From Yuukianura sp. NJ FZ-2021 (Eukaryota): a DNA stretch of 64,000 nt. Numbering within the stretch: position 1 is the stretch's first letter; every line of letters starts with the position of its first letter. The stretch covers positions 1,240,001 to 1,304,000 of the forward strand of contig CM102289.1 in the NCBI GenBank assembly GCA_046563655.1, in the 5' to 3' direction. Under the pieces are notes generated by a model. That model saw nothing but the letters and a program-made list of their open reading frames with translations. It did no database searches and was not told the origin of the DNA. A program made the position numbers and the translations under genes. Shown here one piece after another: positions 45,101-56,549 of the stretch.

Positions 45101-48100
45101 ACAAAGTTTGTTTTGCACAGTGTACTCAAAGGCTCACAGTTACTGTAGTTCAAATTGGAGGGAAAAATGAGTTTGGAATTTTGAAAATAACTTTTTACGT
45201 TGAATATAAATTTGAAAATATGCCAAACTTTTCTGCATGAATTTTCCATGTTGGTTGTCGAAAAAAACTTTACATACAAATTGATCCTGAAATGGGGTGA
45301 CTTTGAACTTTAAAGAGCTGAAAACTTTTTCCTATCAAGGTAGTAAAGAGAATGAGAATGCAAAAAAGTTTCTTGATTTAGATTGAAAAGGAGAACAAAA
45401 TTCGATAAAGACTCGGAAAAAGCTTTAAATTTTCCATTTTATAAATATTTATATCTTGCGTCACGCCGAGAAATTCAGTTTTTTTGTTCATCGATCATCA
45501 AAGAAGCCACTCAAGTAAAACACTGGATTACAGTTTGTTTTTAATTGCAAAACTTTTGGAAAACAAAGTTCATAAGTACACCATGATCCACCATAAAGGT
45601 GAATCCGAGAAAAAAAAATTTGAGTTATGAAATTTTGAAGAAAGTAGAACGTGACCACACCATCATCAAAATTTTTGAGCAGCGCTGTACATATGCTTTT
45701 TGGGAAAAGTATATTAACTAACCGAATTCAAAATGGTTTTTTGTTTTTACTCAGCTTTTTTTTTAGCACAAAAGCCAATTACTCACTACGTCAAAAATTC
45801 ATGAATTCTTTTGAAAACATTGACTTTAAGCTCCACATCTTAATACACGTTTTCAATTTTTTTCTGAAACAAAATTTTTAAAAATTTCCATACAGTTGGA
45901 ATCACATTTACCGTCTAGTGGCTTTTCCTTGTTCAAAAGACAAACAATTTCAAATTTACTTTACGCCTAAAGGACTTTCTCCGGATTATTTTTTTTTTCT
46001 AAAAAAGCTAACTTAACTTTACAAAAAATCTCACGCGAAAACACACCAAAGCTTTTACGGTTTTTGGCGTAAAGTAAGTTAGGGGTAAGTAAATTGGAAG
46101 TAATTTTACTACAGTGACTCAGAAAGTAAAAAATGTAAAAAGTAAAAGTAAATTAGAGCAAATGTAGTAAAAAAAAAGCCAAACAAAGTGAAGCGAAAGT
46201 GCTAAATTTACTTTTGGTTTTTCTTTCTCTTTCTTTTCGCTTATTTGAACTAATGGAAGAGAAAGCTTGAAAAGTCTGAGCTTGAAATCCTCCAGTTTCC
46301 CGCAGTTTTTTTTTCAGTTCGAAATTCTGAGTAAAAAGTTTTGTGTTGGTAGGGATTTATTTGAAAATACAAAGACATTGAGACCTTTCCCGCTAAAACC
46401 CTAAACCCACTTTACTTTTTTGAGTAGAAAGAAAGCAGAACGTTGTCTAAAGTTTAGCCGTTTTGATACGGTTCACGATACGCGGAGTTTCGTTCTTGCA
46501 ATAAAGCTGTCTATTATTTGTGATAAAAATCTTTGTATTTTGTTCAAAACCGAAATTTATCTCTTATCGTCACTTACGATTAGTTTCAAGCATTAAAGTG
46601 GAAACAAGAAGTATATGCTTGGCTTTTCTAAAGAGAAAAACAACTAAATCCTGAGTTAGTGAAAATTATGATGCACTTTTGTCCAAAACATAAATCATTA
46701 AAATAAATCTTACGATTAGTGTTTTTTTTTTTAAATTTTCAAATTTGATGTTTTTATTTGAAACTTTTTTAGGAAACTACAGTTGCTTGGTTGCGGCGTT
46801 TCATTTGTCAAGGTCAATTGGATTTCATCTTGTCCAAAGCTACTTGCCCACAGTTCTCATGGTCGCCATTTCGTGGGTAACTTTTTCAAAAAGAACTCGG
46901 GAGATTTTTGAAACAAAAAATTTTCTACCCGGGAAATTTTCTAACTTAAAAAAATTATTGTCGATTCCAATTTTTTGTTTCAGGTAAGTTTTTGGATGGA
47001 CGTGAATGCCGTTCCCGGTCGCGTTACGCTTGGCGTAACAACGCTCTTAACGGTCTCTTCAAAATCAACGAGTAAGTGACTAGCCTAACCTAAACTATAG
47101 CCTAACCTAAACTAAAACCAAAGCTAAGTGCCTCTGGTCCAATCACAAACAAGTTCAACTCCCATTGGTCAAGCATCTCAAAGTACTGGAGATCCTAAGT
47201 GAATCTTCATTTATAATTTAAGTTTAAGTGGAAAAGGTCTAAATTCATTTCACTTCGAGAGCAACTCAAAGACGAACTTTGTTCTTTGTAAACATGGTCG
47301 CTTCAGTTCTAAAAAAAATTTGATGTCCATTCTCCGGCACAACTCAAAGTAGAACCTCATGTCCGGTGATTTGGAACCTTTTAGTTTGGACAATGCCAAA
47401 ACGAAATTGGCAATTTCCCAAAGTCATAATTGGAAAAAAAATGGATTCTTTGTTGAATGGACCGTGAGAATGTTTTGTCTTTCTATGCGGCTGGGGGTAA
47501 ATAGCATACGTTGGATTTCCGCTAGACGTAGGTAATAGTTCAACGGAAGAAATAGCAAAAACCCCATGGAAACACTTTTTAGTTGAGCTTTTGATCTTAA
47601 ATGCAGGAAATTTCAAAAATTAACGGCACTCCAAAAATCCGCACATTCCATTAAGTCATGCGATTCTAAAAAAAATGTTTCCGTTTACATTTTTTTAGAT
47701 ATTCAAGAAAATTTGCCGCAAGCTTCGTATATCAAAGCTATCGACGTGTAAGTGAAAATTTACTTTAAAATTTAACACATTTTGTAAAGTAACTGAATTT
47801 TCAAAATGCAAATAACTCTAAAAATTTATACCCTCAAAATCTAAAATTTTGATTTTTTTCAGCTGGATGGGAACTTGTACAGGTTGAGCATAAAAAATTG
47901 AACAAAGCTGTTAACCTATTGGTTATTCCAATGTGTGTATAATTTGCATATTTTAAAATTGACTCTAGGGTTTGTGTTTTTGGCGCTGCTTGAGTTTACT
48001 GTTGTGAACTACTTGTGGCGAAAAGAGTTTCACCGGGAATATTCAACGATGGGTGGAAATTACGCGGCGCAGAGTGCTACTACGGAAATAGAAGAAAATC

Positions 48101-48471
48101 CACTCTCTTCACCAGAAAACGAAGACAACGTATGAATTACTTTTAAAAAATATAATTTAATATAACTTTCTCTAATTTGATGTCTTCAGGATATCAAACA
48201 GGATTTGAGTGACAATTGCTTGGAACCCAAGTTTGTCCGGAGGTCATCAGGTCAGCGGCATGACCTGAGCGGAATCGAGTGCCCAACTATATTTCATACG
48301 CAGGCGTCAAAGAGCTTGAAACCCATTGAGCGGCATTCCGCTCCCGCTCCGGAACAATCACATCTTTCCGTTTCCGCTCGAGGAATTGACGAAACTTGCC
48401 GCTATGCTTTTCCCCTGGGGTTCCTCATTTTCAACTTTTGCTACTGGCCATACTACCTCTTCTATCCCTAG
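42137..48471 (+). CDS. Cys-loop ligand-gated chloride channel subunit (glycine-receptor-like; resembles the insect CG12344/Alka group); signal-peptide exon not located
   Basis: In-phase GT-AG exons: 42137-42225, 42524-42597, 43217-43440, 43815-43897, 44005-44142, 46773-46876, 46984-47071, 47699-47747, 47863-47882, 47969-48129, 48190-48471. Motifs IWKPEVYFPNAK, Cys-loop CMMDLSKFPLDRQTC, GNYSCL, M2 VPGRVTLGVTTLLT, SYIKAIDVW, and M4. Confidence 0.92.
44321..44402 (+). other. tRNA-like sequence (tRNA pseudogene or SINE head) in a channel intron
   Basis: D-arm GCTC-AAGGGTATT-GAGC, T-arm GTGGG-TTCGAGT-CCCAC (B-box), downstream T-run. Anticodon and acceptor stems pair poorly. Confidence 0.55.
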
Positions 48472-48476
48472 AGCAA

Positions 48477-48591
48477 TGGTCAATGACTTAGTGCAACGGA
48501 AGGGTCATTGACCTTTGGTGTCACAGAGGTCAATGACCATCGGGGTCATAGAGGTCACCTTTTGGTTCCTCAGAATGAGTCATTCAATGCA
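48477..48591. promoter_or_regulatory. Array of RGGTCA/IR1 motifs with 25-bp spacing
   Basis: TGGTCA-A-TGACTT (48477), GGGTCA-T-TGACCT (48502), AGGTCA-A-TGACCA (48527), AGGTCA (48552), GAGTCA (48577). Confidence 0.5.
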
Positions 48592-49458
48592 CAAAAATCA
48601 CAACGAGAGAAGTACTCGGTGCATACCTTACCTAATGCCAAGCGGTCCAAATTCTTAAACTTCTAAAAACAAAATTTAACACAAATTCTAAAACAAACCT
48701 TACCTTAAAAATACATGTTACTTTTCCCGTTTAAGAATTATTGTGAATTGATGTCGCTTAGGACTAACAATTTTGTAAAAAGATTGTCTAAAAGCTAACA
48801 ATTATAATAAATGTACTGATATAACATTTTACATTTGACTTTTTTCGAGACTTTATCTTTCAGTTAATGGCAACAAAGGTGTTCTAACAAAAGACTAAAA
48901 ACAAAGCGACTAAAACTTTCACTTCATTAGCCTCTCAGGCGTCTAAAACTCTTTTGTTTCCACGTAACACTACATGTCATCTCCACTTATCATTTTGAAG
49001 TCGCACTTTACTTCACCAGCATCACCATTATATCATGAGAGCTTTCATTTTCAAGTGAAGTTGGCTTTGTCATTCTCATTTTCAAAGAAAAAAAGAAAGG
49101 AAAGTGAGTTTTCAAAAAAAAAAACGAAGTGTTTCCTGTTATTTACTTTAACATTTTTAGCAATTGGATCACAAGCATCACATCCGCAGTTTAGGAATAT
49201 GAAATTTTTAAAAGTGAAAAAAAAGTTTTAGACAGAGGATTTGTAAATTTTAGGCTCGCAGCCTGCGAAGGGTCCTAAAATTTTTGATTTAATTAAGATT
49301 TTGAGTTGCTTAATTCAATTAATTTTCATTTTCTCATTACAATCCATTTTTTCATTTATAAATTTTATTACTGAGCAAACTTAAAATGTTTAGTGTTTGA
49401 ATATTTAATATTTAAACAAAAAATATTTAAGTTTCAGTATTCCATAACTTGTGGCCTT

Positions 49459-49929
49459 TTAGGCCGAATTCTTTTCTATCCATTCTGCAAATTCGTCGAG
49501 ACTGATCTTGCCGTCCTTGTTTGAATCTGCCTCTTCTACAAACTTGGCATACGAAATGTCACGATAGTGTGGATTGTGAATTCGGTACATCGCCATGAAC
49601 TCCTCAAACTCTGCCATGGAAATGCACCCGTCTCCATCAATGTCGTAGATTTGTGCACGAACCTTGGCCAGTTTCCCGTCGTCGTTCCAATATCTCAGAG
49701 TTTCAATCATTATCCGCATGGGGACAAACCCACCAAAACGTAGTCGCCAATAACGTTCGTACATGGCAACCTGCTCTGGCGTGCGTGGAAGGCCGATTCG
49801 CTCAAAGAACAGTCCAAGGTCACTCGTCAGTATGAAACCTTCGTCGGAAAATGTCGGAAGTCCTCGCAAAATTGATTTCACACCTTCGAGTTCCTGCTCG
49901 GTAAATGGTTTGGTGAAGTCACGTGACAT
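49459..49929 (-). CDS. Calmodulin-like EF-hand protein, copy 13 (156 aa)
   Basis: ATG at 49929. EF loops DIDGDGCISMAE and DSNKDGKISLDE. Confidence 0.9.
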   Translation of the reverse strand: MSRDFTKPFTEQELEGVKSILRGLPTFSDEGFILTSDLGLFFERIGLPRTPEQVAMYERYWRLRFGGFVPMRIMIETLRYWNDDGKLAKVRAQIYDIDGDGCISMAEFEEFMAMYRIHNPHYRDISYAKFVEEADSNKDGKISLDEFAEWIEKNSA

Positions 49930-50952
49930 TGTATCGTGACAATGAAATACTCCGTATACACACCTAGAGTAAATAATAGCAGAATAAAGACACAATTTTA
50001 ACCAAGGTTGCTTGACAGTCATTTACTGTTCTGTAACAGGTTGCATAGTACCTCAGTTGCTTACCAAAAAATGAAAATAAAAAACGGAGTACCAAAAGTA
50101 CCCATTCCAAAAAACGAGTTTCTGGCAATAATTCGTAATGTAAAATTTTTAAAAATTTGTTTATAATGTGATGGTTACATATCCACAAAATGCAAATTAA
50201 CCTTGTGAAATGTAAAAAACACGAGTTATTACGCAACCTGATGAGTTAAGGACTGTTAATACAACAATAATTTTGAGAAATAAGTAACAAAACGTGCTTA
50301 CCTTACTCCGTCAACTGTAGAGTTCAACTGATGCGTTTGAGGTAATTTGTTGAGAATTTATTGATGAGATAACCTTGTCTAAACTTATACCTCAAAAGCA
50401 GAAACACCTTAAATTGGTCAATTATTTTGAGCCTCAAAATTTTAAAAACTATTAATCTTGTGACGTTAAGTCGATGCCAGCGCTAAGACGCTCTTCAGTG
50501 GCACCGCATGAACTCTGCAGCGAAATAACGCAGACGTTTTTCAGAAAAGCAGATCTTTCAGCGGAATTCGAAAAAAACAAACGAAAAAAGAATTGGGAGG
50601 CGTTGTACTCAAACAAAATTTTAAATTAAGTTTAAGGGTGATCAGTATTATTATTATTATTATATATTACTCAAACTCAGTTTTTACCATGTAATAATTT
50701 TGAAGAATTTTTTTCATTTGTACAGTTGACCTTGAACATTTTTATACCAGAGGGGAGAATTTTTTGATGATTTGGTTTAAATTCTTTTAAACAGGATGCA
50801 TCAACCTTTTATTAGTCTTTTTCTTAAATGAAACGTGTTTTGAAAATTTTTGAAAATTTGAAAGTTTGACCACTATCCGCCGTTTGTAAACTCATCGTTT
50901 CTGCTTATGAAAACCAAATTCCAGAAACGTCTCAACTGCTAAGTCCTTGAAT

Positions 50953-51459
50953 TCATTTTTTCGTTGTTTTTTCAAGTTCAGTTGGATTTGGAACCGAATT
51001 TTTATGAATCCACTCTTCAAACTCGTCGAGACTGACTTTTCCGTCGTCATTTTTGTCCGCTTCTTTCAGAAATTGTTCAGATGAAATTTGACGAAATCGA
51101 GGATCGTATGCTCGAACGAGTGCCATAAACTCTTCGAACTCTTGCCCCGAAATGTATCCGTCCCCGTCAAGGTCGTATACTGCTGCCCGATTTCGACTAC
51201 ACTTTGCTCCGTCATGATAATTTCGAATAGTGTCTACCATTTCACACATTGGAATGTAGCCTCCGAATCGTTGCCGCCAGTACCGTTCGTATACTACTTC
51301 TTCCTCGGTTGATAGTTTAAGTCCAATTAGATTACAGAATAACGCAGCGTCACTAACCTTGATGTAACCCTTGTCGGAAAACGTCGGGAGTCTTCGAAAA
51401 ATTGACTTAAAATTTTCCATCTCCTGCTCTGTATAAGGTCGGCTCGAATCATGCGGCAT
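50953..51459 (-). CDS. Calmodulin-like EF-hand protein, copy 14 (divergent subfamily, 168 aa)
   Basis: ATG at 51459. EF loops DLDGDGYISGQE and DKNDDGKVSLDE; C-terminal extension. Confidence 0.9.
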   Translation of the reverse strand: MPHDSSRPYTEQEMENFKSIFRRLPTFSDKGYIKVSDAALFCNLIGLKLSTEEEVVYERYWRQRFGGYIPMCEMVDTIRNYHDGAKCSRNRAAVYDLDGDGYISGQEFEEFMALVRAYDPRFRQISSEQFLKEADKNDDGKVSLDEFEEWIHKNSVPNPTELEKTTKK

Positions 51460-54177
51460 TTTGAACAGAAAAAGCTGAAGTAACAAAAATAAGTTAAGTA
51501 AAAAGTTGTAAAATCATAGTTTAATAACTAGCACTTAAAGGAACTTACAAAAGATTATAGTAAAACAGTAAAATATTTGGAATCTGGTTGAAATTGGCAG
51601 TTTAGTATGTACGTCTTGATTTGAGGTTTGAACCTACTTTAACTAGCAGTTTTAAACAAGTGTTGAAGGGTTTTGTTTTAACAAGACGGTAATAACTATG
51701 TTTAAACATTAGAATGCTAAATTTGAAATTAATCAATTTAAAATTACCACACAAACCACACTGGGTAAAATTTTAATTAACCAGAAACCTACTAATTTTT
51801 ATCATCCGTGAAGAATATCTTTGTATTTTTGTTCCATCGCTTCGAATGGAATTCGTGGAATTAATTTCACACACTTAAATTAAGTGCGCGTCCTTGAAAT
51901 TTTCGTGTTTTGGCGATGTTTGTAAGGTTGAAAGTTGATTTTGAGGTTACTGTTGTAAAAAATTAAACTAAACTTTGAGGCTTTTTGAATTTAAGGTTTG
52001 TTTTTATTTAGTCATAAAAGTTAGAATTTAAGGCAAATTTTGGACTGCCCTTTGTATACCCTGTGGATTTTTTTTGTCACGTCTAGTACTCTATATTTTC
52101 CAGACAACAATTTGATTTGAGCAATCCTGGAGATGCGTAGTACTTTCTCTCAGAAAAAGAACTCAGAATGAGTTGTGTGGGATAAACTAATTAATGTTGT
52201 GTGACCTTTGCCCCAAGGGTGCTTCAGATCCAAAAGAAAACAGAATTGGATTTGAAGAGACTGGAAAGGTGAAAGGCTGGAATTAGAAAGCTACAAATTT
52301 GATTTCCTGCTGCCCAGATTGCCATTTCTTCTCCAAACATTTTCTCAGCCTTAGCCACTTTCCTCAAATTGGAAATCAAACACAGTTTTTCTTTTTCTCA
52401 GAGTGTGTTGGATTCAGCGGGAAATCAATTTCCTTTTGGGATTTTCATTTCCTCATACCTGTTTCTCAAAATAATACTTCAAAACTAAAAGAAGTACCAA
52501 AAGTTCTGAAAACTTTTTCAAAACAGCTACAAAAAACAAAAAAAATTAAATTTTAAAGTCGTACGCTTGTTTTATTAATTTGAAAACAGAAGATAAGGGT
52601 TAAGTGTCGACGTCTTTCTTTACTTGTCGCTGCCTCATAAAATTTAACACGAAAAAAATTTAAATAGAAAGCGAAAAAGCTTCGTTTTCTACACTCTGCT
52701 TTTCTTCTCGGAAATGCAATTCTTTTTATTCTAAGAGCGGAGGCAATCCCAAGGAAATTGAAGCTTAGTGAAAGTGGAGATTCGCATCTTTACTGCTTTC
52801 CCTTGCAAAAAAAAGTACAATGGGCTCATAACCAGAGTTTACATCCTCCCACGAGAATATGCTGCCGTCCAGCACATTTGTACTGGCAAGCACATTCGTA
52901 CTGTCCAGCACATCTGAAGCCCGTTCCAGAAATACTTCTGGACTGGCATCTTTGTGACACAAAAACAACAGTAATTTAATAGCTGTCCAGGCGCATCCAA
53001 ATCGCTACTAACAAATCGCCCATTTTAGCCGCAATTTTTCATTTCGCGTCCCGCATTTGTTTTAAAAGAGAACAAGAAATTGGACAGACGTAAAGAAACA
53101 CAAAACCGAAAGAGAAATCCCTAAACACGGGTTAGTTTTTAGTTGTTTGAAAAGGAGTGGCAGAAAACAAATACAATTTCGCGCCAAAATTTATTTGTGT
53201 GTTCACATTAGCCAGTGACCATAAGCAGTTTAGAATGATATGGAAAATTAGTTTTGAAAATGCAACGAACTGTTTCTGGTTGTAAAAAGCTTTCCAACCT
53301 CAAAACTTCATTTGGTTTTCCAAATTCCAAACCTTATGTTATAAAAGTTGTAAAAAGAAAAGTTCATTTGCGTTTTTCTTTTGAAATGGGCATAAGTACT
53401 ACTATAAAGATTTTGTGAATTTGCGAAGTTGCTACGAAATTTATACAACCCAATTTGAAAAAGTGCAGATAAAATTAACTACAATCAGAAGATATAAGCT
53501 ATTCACATGTTAACGCTAGTCATAAATGTGAAATTACTAAACATATAATTAGTATAAAACTAAACTCCTTCATAACATCCAGTTTTTACAACAACAGTTT
53601 GGAAATTTTGTTTCTTTACTTTAGTTGTTTATGTGTAATTTATGTGATGAAGGAAACACTTACAGAATGAAATAAGATAAAAAACTTAAAAAGCAAGACT
53701 TTGAATATCTAATTGCAGAAAGTTAAGAAAATTAAGCATGTATTAGGTCAGAGGGAAAGGAAAGTTTAAAAAGTGAAAACGGAATTACATTTTCGAAAGT
53801 TACAGCATCAGAAACTTTGCCTCGCTTTTGTTCTTTCCTGTTGATTCATTTTTGTTACTACGTAGTTAAATTTTGTTCAAAGTAGCAATCAACAAAACTA
53901 AATTAAAAGAAAATTCAAAAGAAAATTATGGCTTTAGAAATATTAGGATTTTTGAACAACATTTTGTATGATGCAATTTTTGATTAAAAATAGAATTAAG
54001 TAAACTTTGACAAAGGAACGCTTTTCATAAAACAAATTTGTTTGAAAAAGTAGTCGTTGTAACTTCAAAGCTCGAAATTTGTTTCTCTGGCTTTCAAATC
54101 GTGGAATACTAAAGTGTTTCAGTTTGTCTTTGTCTGCTCCTCTTGTTCCAGTTTTGTTCGATCTGTCGGATTAGGCT

Positions 54178-54610
54178 GCTCCAACTCGCGCTTTTGGCGC
54201 GAAGTCATGGCATCCCAGATCTTCTTAGGATTGTAAGTTCCTATTTGGCTAAATATTTAATAAGCCGTTTTCTTATTAATTTCTAAGCACTTTCTCCTCC
54301 TCCAAGCAGCACAAGATCTAGTTACTCCTTCCTTTCTTTGAATTCCAACTCCTCTGGCTCTATAGAAACAAAATAAATCTGCACTTCCGTTCCACTTTGT
54401 ACTATACAGACCGCCTCCAGCCTATTGCACAACTTTTTGAACTTGGCGGCATCCATCTTCAAACGTTTCCCTGAAACTCAAAAAGACTTTGGCTTCCAGT
54501 TACATTTCCGCCAAAATGAAAGTCAAACAAAAGTTCAATCAAAAGTCATTTCGAAAAAGAACAAAATTGTTTTTTTAGTTAACTTTTTTGAAACTCTTTT
54601 TACAAAATCA
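54178..54610 (+). pseudogene. Decayed duplicate of a chloride-channel exon plus intron (42532-42985)
   Basis: Shared blocks GGCTAAATATTT, TTTTCTTATTAATTTCT, AGAAACAAAATAAATCTGC, ACCGCCTCCAGCCT, TTGCACAACTTTT, CAAAAGTCATTTC. The exon portion is mutated or deleted. Confidence 0.8.
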
Positions 54611-54943
54611 AGGACATAAAATTTATTTGAAAGTTCTAAGAACAACTTCATCATAAAATAAACTCACATTAAAGTTTCCATTAAGCAGAAATTGGCTCAA
54701 AGTGGTTTACTAGGCTTAAGTGATTTTTTGCGTAAATTTGGAAAATTGGACTAAATTTAAACTTTTGTAATTTCCCACGACTTTTATATAAAGTTCCAGC
54801 GATCTAGCTTTTACAGTGGTGCAAAGTTCCTTGAATCCCTTCTGACTCCAGTAGCTTATCTTCTGAAACAAAAATTAAGTTAACACTAAACTTAAAAAAC
54901 TAATAAAGTTTGCTTAAAAAACTCATTTTTGAAAAGTTTTACC

Positions 54944-56310
54944 ATGGGAGCAGACGAACCAATTCGACTTCCTCTTCTTCAGAACTCTCCAATCAAATTC
55001 GGCAGTCCGATCAAGTTGCGCTACACTTTCGACGATGTTAACCATCCAATCTATGGCAAAGCTACGGATTTGGTTGGCGAATTACAATTCTTACTGCCTA
55101 AGGGGTAAAAACTTAGTGTTTTATTAAAATTCTTGAAATTTTAATCATGCTTTTACCACATTTTAATAATGGAGAAAGAGAAAACCAGAAACAGCAAAGT
55201 ACAAGGTTTTTCTCTTTTTTTTTTTTCAAAAAAAAAGGTTGTAGGAGTTACACAAAATTGTTCAGCTTTTTAATTAGTTTATGAAACTAATTTGATTTTT
55301 TTTTCGTGCACAGATCATACCCGATTCCAAAATTTCTGGAGTTGAGTAGACGTGAGCAGGACACACTTTTACGAAATGGCATCAACCGCCTCCGGCACAT
55401 GCACCAGCACCTCAGTGAAGAAGAACTGCAAACAAAGCTGCTCGGAACGATGCTATTTTCAACATTTCTGCATCCCCGTATACACGCTGGGACACAATTT
55501 TTTGACATCGCTTACGACATTTTTGTCACAATGTTTAGAGGTGACGACTACTTGGACGATGAAGGTGGATTTCCATTGGAAATGGACACTAAATTTATTT
55601 TCAAAAAGCGTGACCTGTGGGAACGAGCTTTCAAGGGAGAATATGAAGCAGTGCATGGGGTGAGTCAAGCTTTTCCGCCAATGGAGCCTGGAATGACCTG
55701 CATGTACAAGTCACTCAAAGCCATCGAAGAACATCTTCCAAAAGTGCGGGAAAATTTAGAAGCGTTTTTCCAATCTACGATGCTAGCGGCACAGGGGGTG
55801 ACACTAAAGCAACTGTCTGGTGATGATCCGTTTTCCGAAGAAGGCCGAAAGATCATTCGGGCATATGAAGGCGGCATGGTCATCATTACTGAAATTGGGG
55901 CCGTTTTGAGAGATATTCACGTGCCGAGCTACGTCCGACAAAGTTTGTTGTTCCGCATGCTCATTGACGGCGTCTGGTACTTTTCGGCGCTAATCAACGA
56001 CGTTCTGGGACTCAACAAAGATGTTAAGAACTCCGACACGGCGTCTAATGTCATTTTGAGAAACGTTGTCGACAGAAAAATTACACTGAAACAGGCATTT
56101 GATGATGAAGTTCGGCGTTTACAAAACATAACGAAGGATATTGGAGTTGCGGCAAGAAAGTTGGTGGCAGCATTTCCGGACAAAGGAGTGGCCGACTTTA
56201 CGCAACATTGTTTGGAGTATTGTGATGGACAGACGTACTGCTACATGATACTGGCACATCTCAAAATTCGGTATGGAGCTGTCGGTACACAAATACTGCC
56301 GGATTGTTAA
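54944..56310 (+). CDS. Class I terpene synthase, microbial-type (385 aa, 2 exons)
   Basis: Exons 54944-55104 and 55314-56310 join in phase 2. DDYLD (DDxxD), sensor Arg (IIRAYEGG), NSE motif NDVLGLNKD, C-terminal RY (KIRYG). Confidence 0.88.
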
Positions 56311-56549
56311 TGTAACAGAACATTGCGATGTTAGTTTTCTGCCTAGTTGTCTAATTGCCAATTTTTTTTTGATTCGGAAAAAGGAAGTTCAATTGACCCG
56401 GTTCATAATATTTCAAATAAATTTGCTTTTGTTTTTTCCAAAATTTTGTTTGGTCGTTATGTTGTGCATTTCAACATTTTGCTAGAAGTTTTCCAGAAGC
56501 AATAATGTTTGAAAATAACGGTCACAGTTTAGTGCTGGACATCTCACGT

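Noticed and set aside
52080..53050. Coding-like stretch with three 18-bp repeats (ORF 52765-52968, minus strand)
   Set aside because: No ATG-initiated or spliceable ORF or recognisable motif could be supported.
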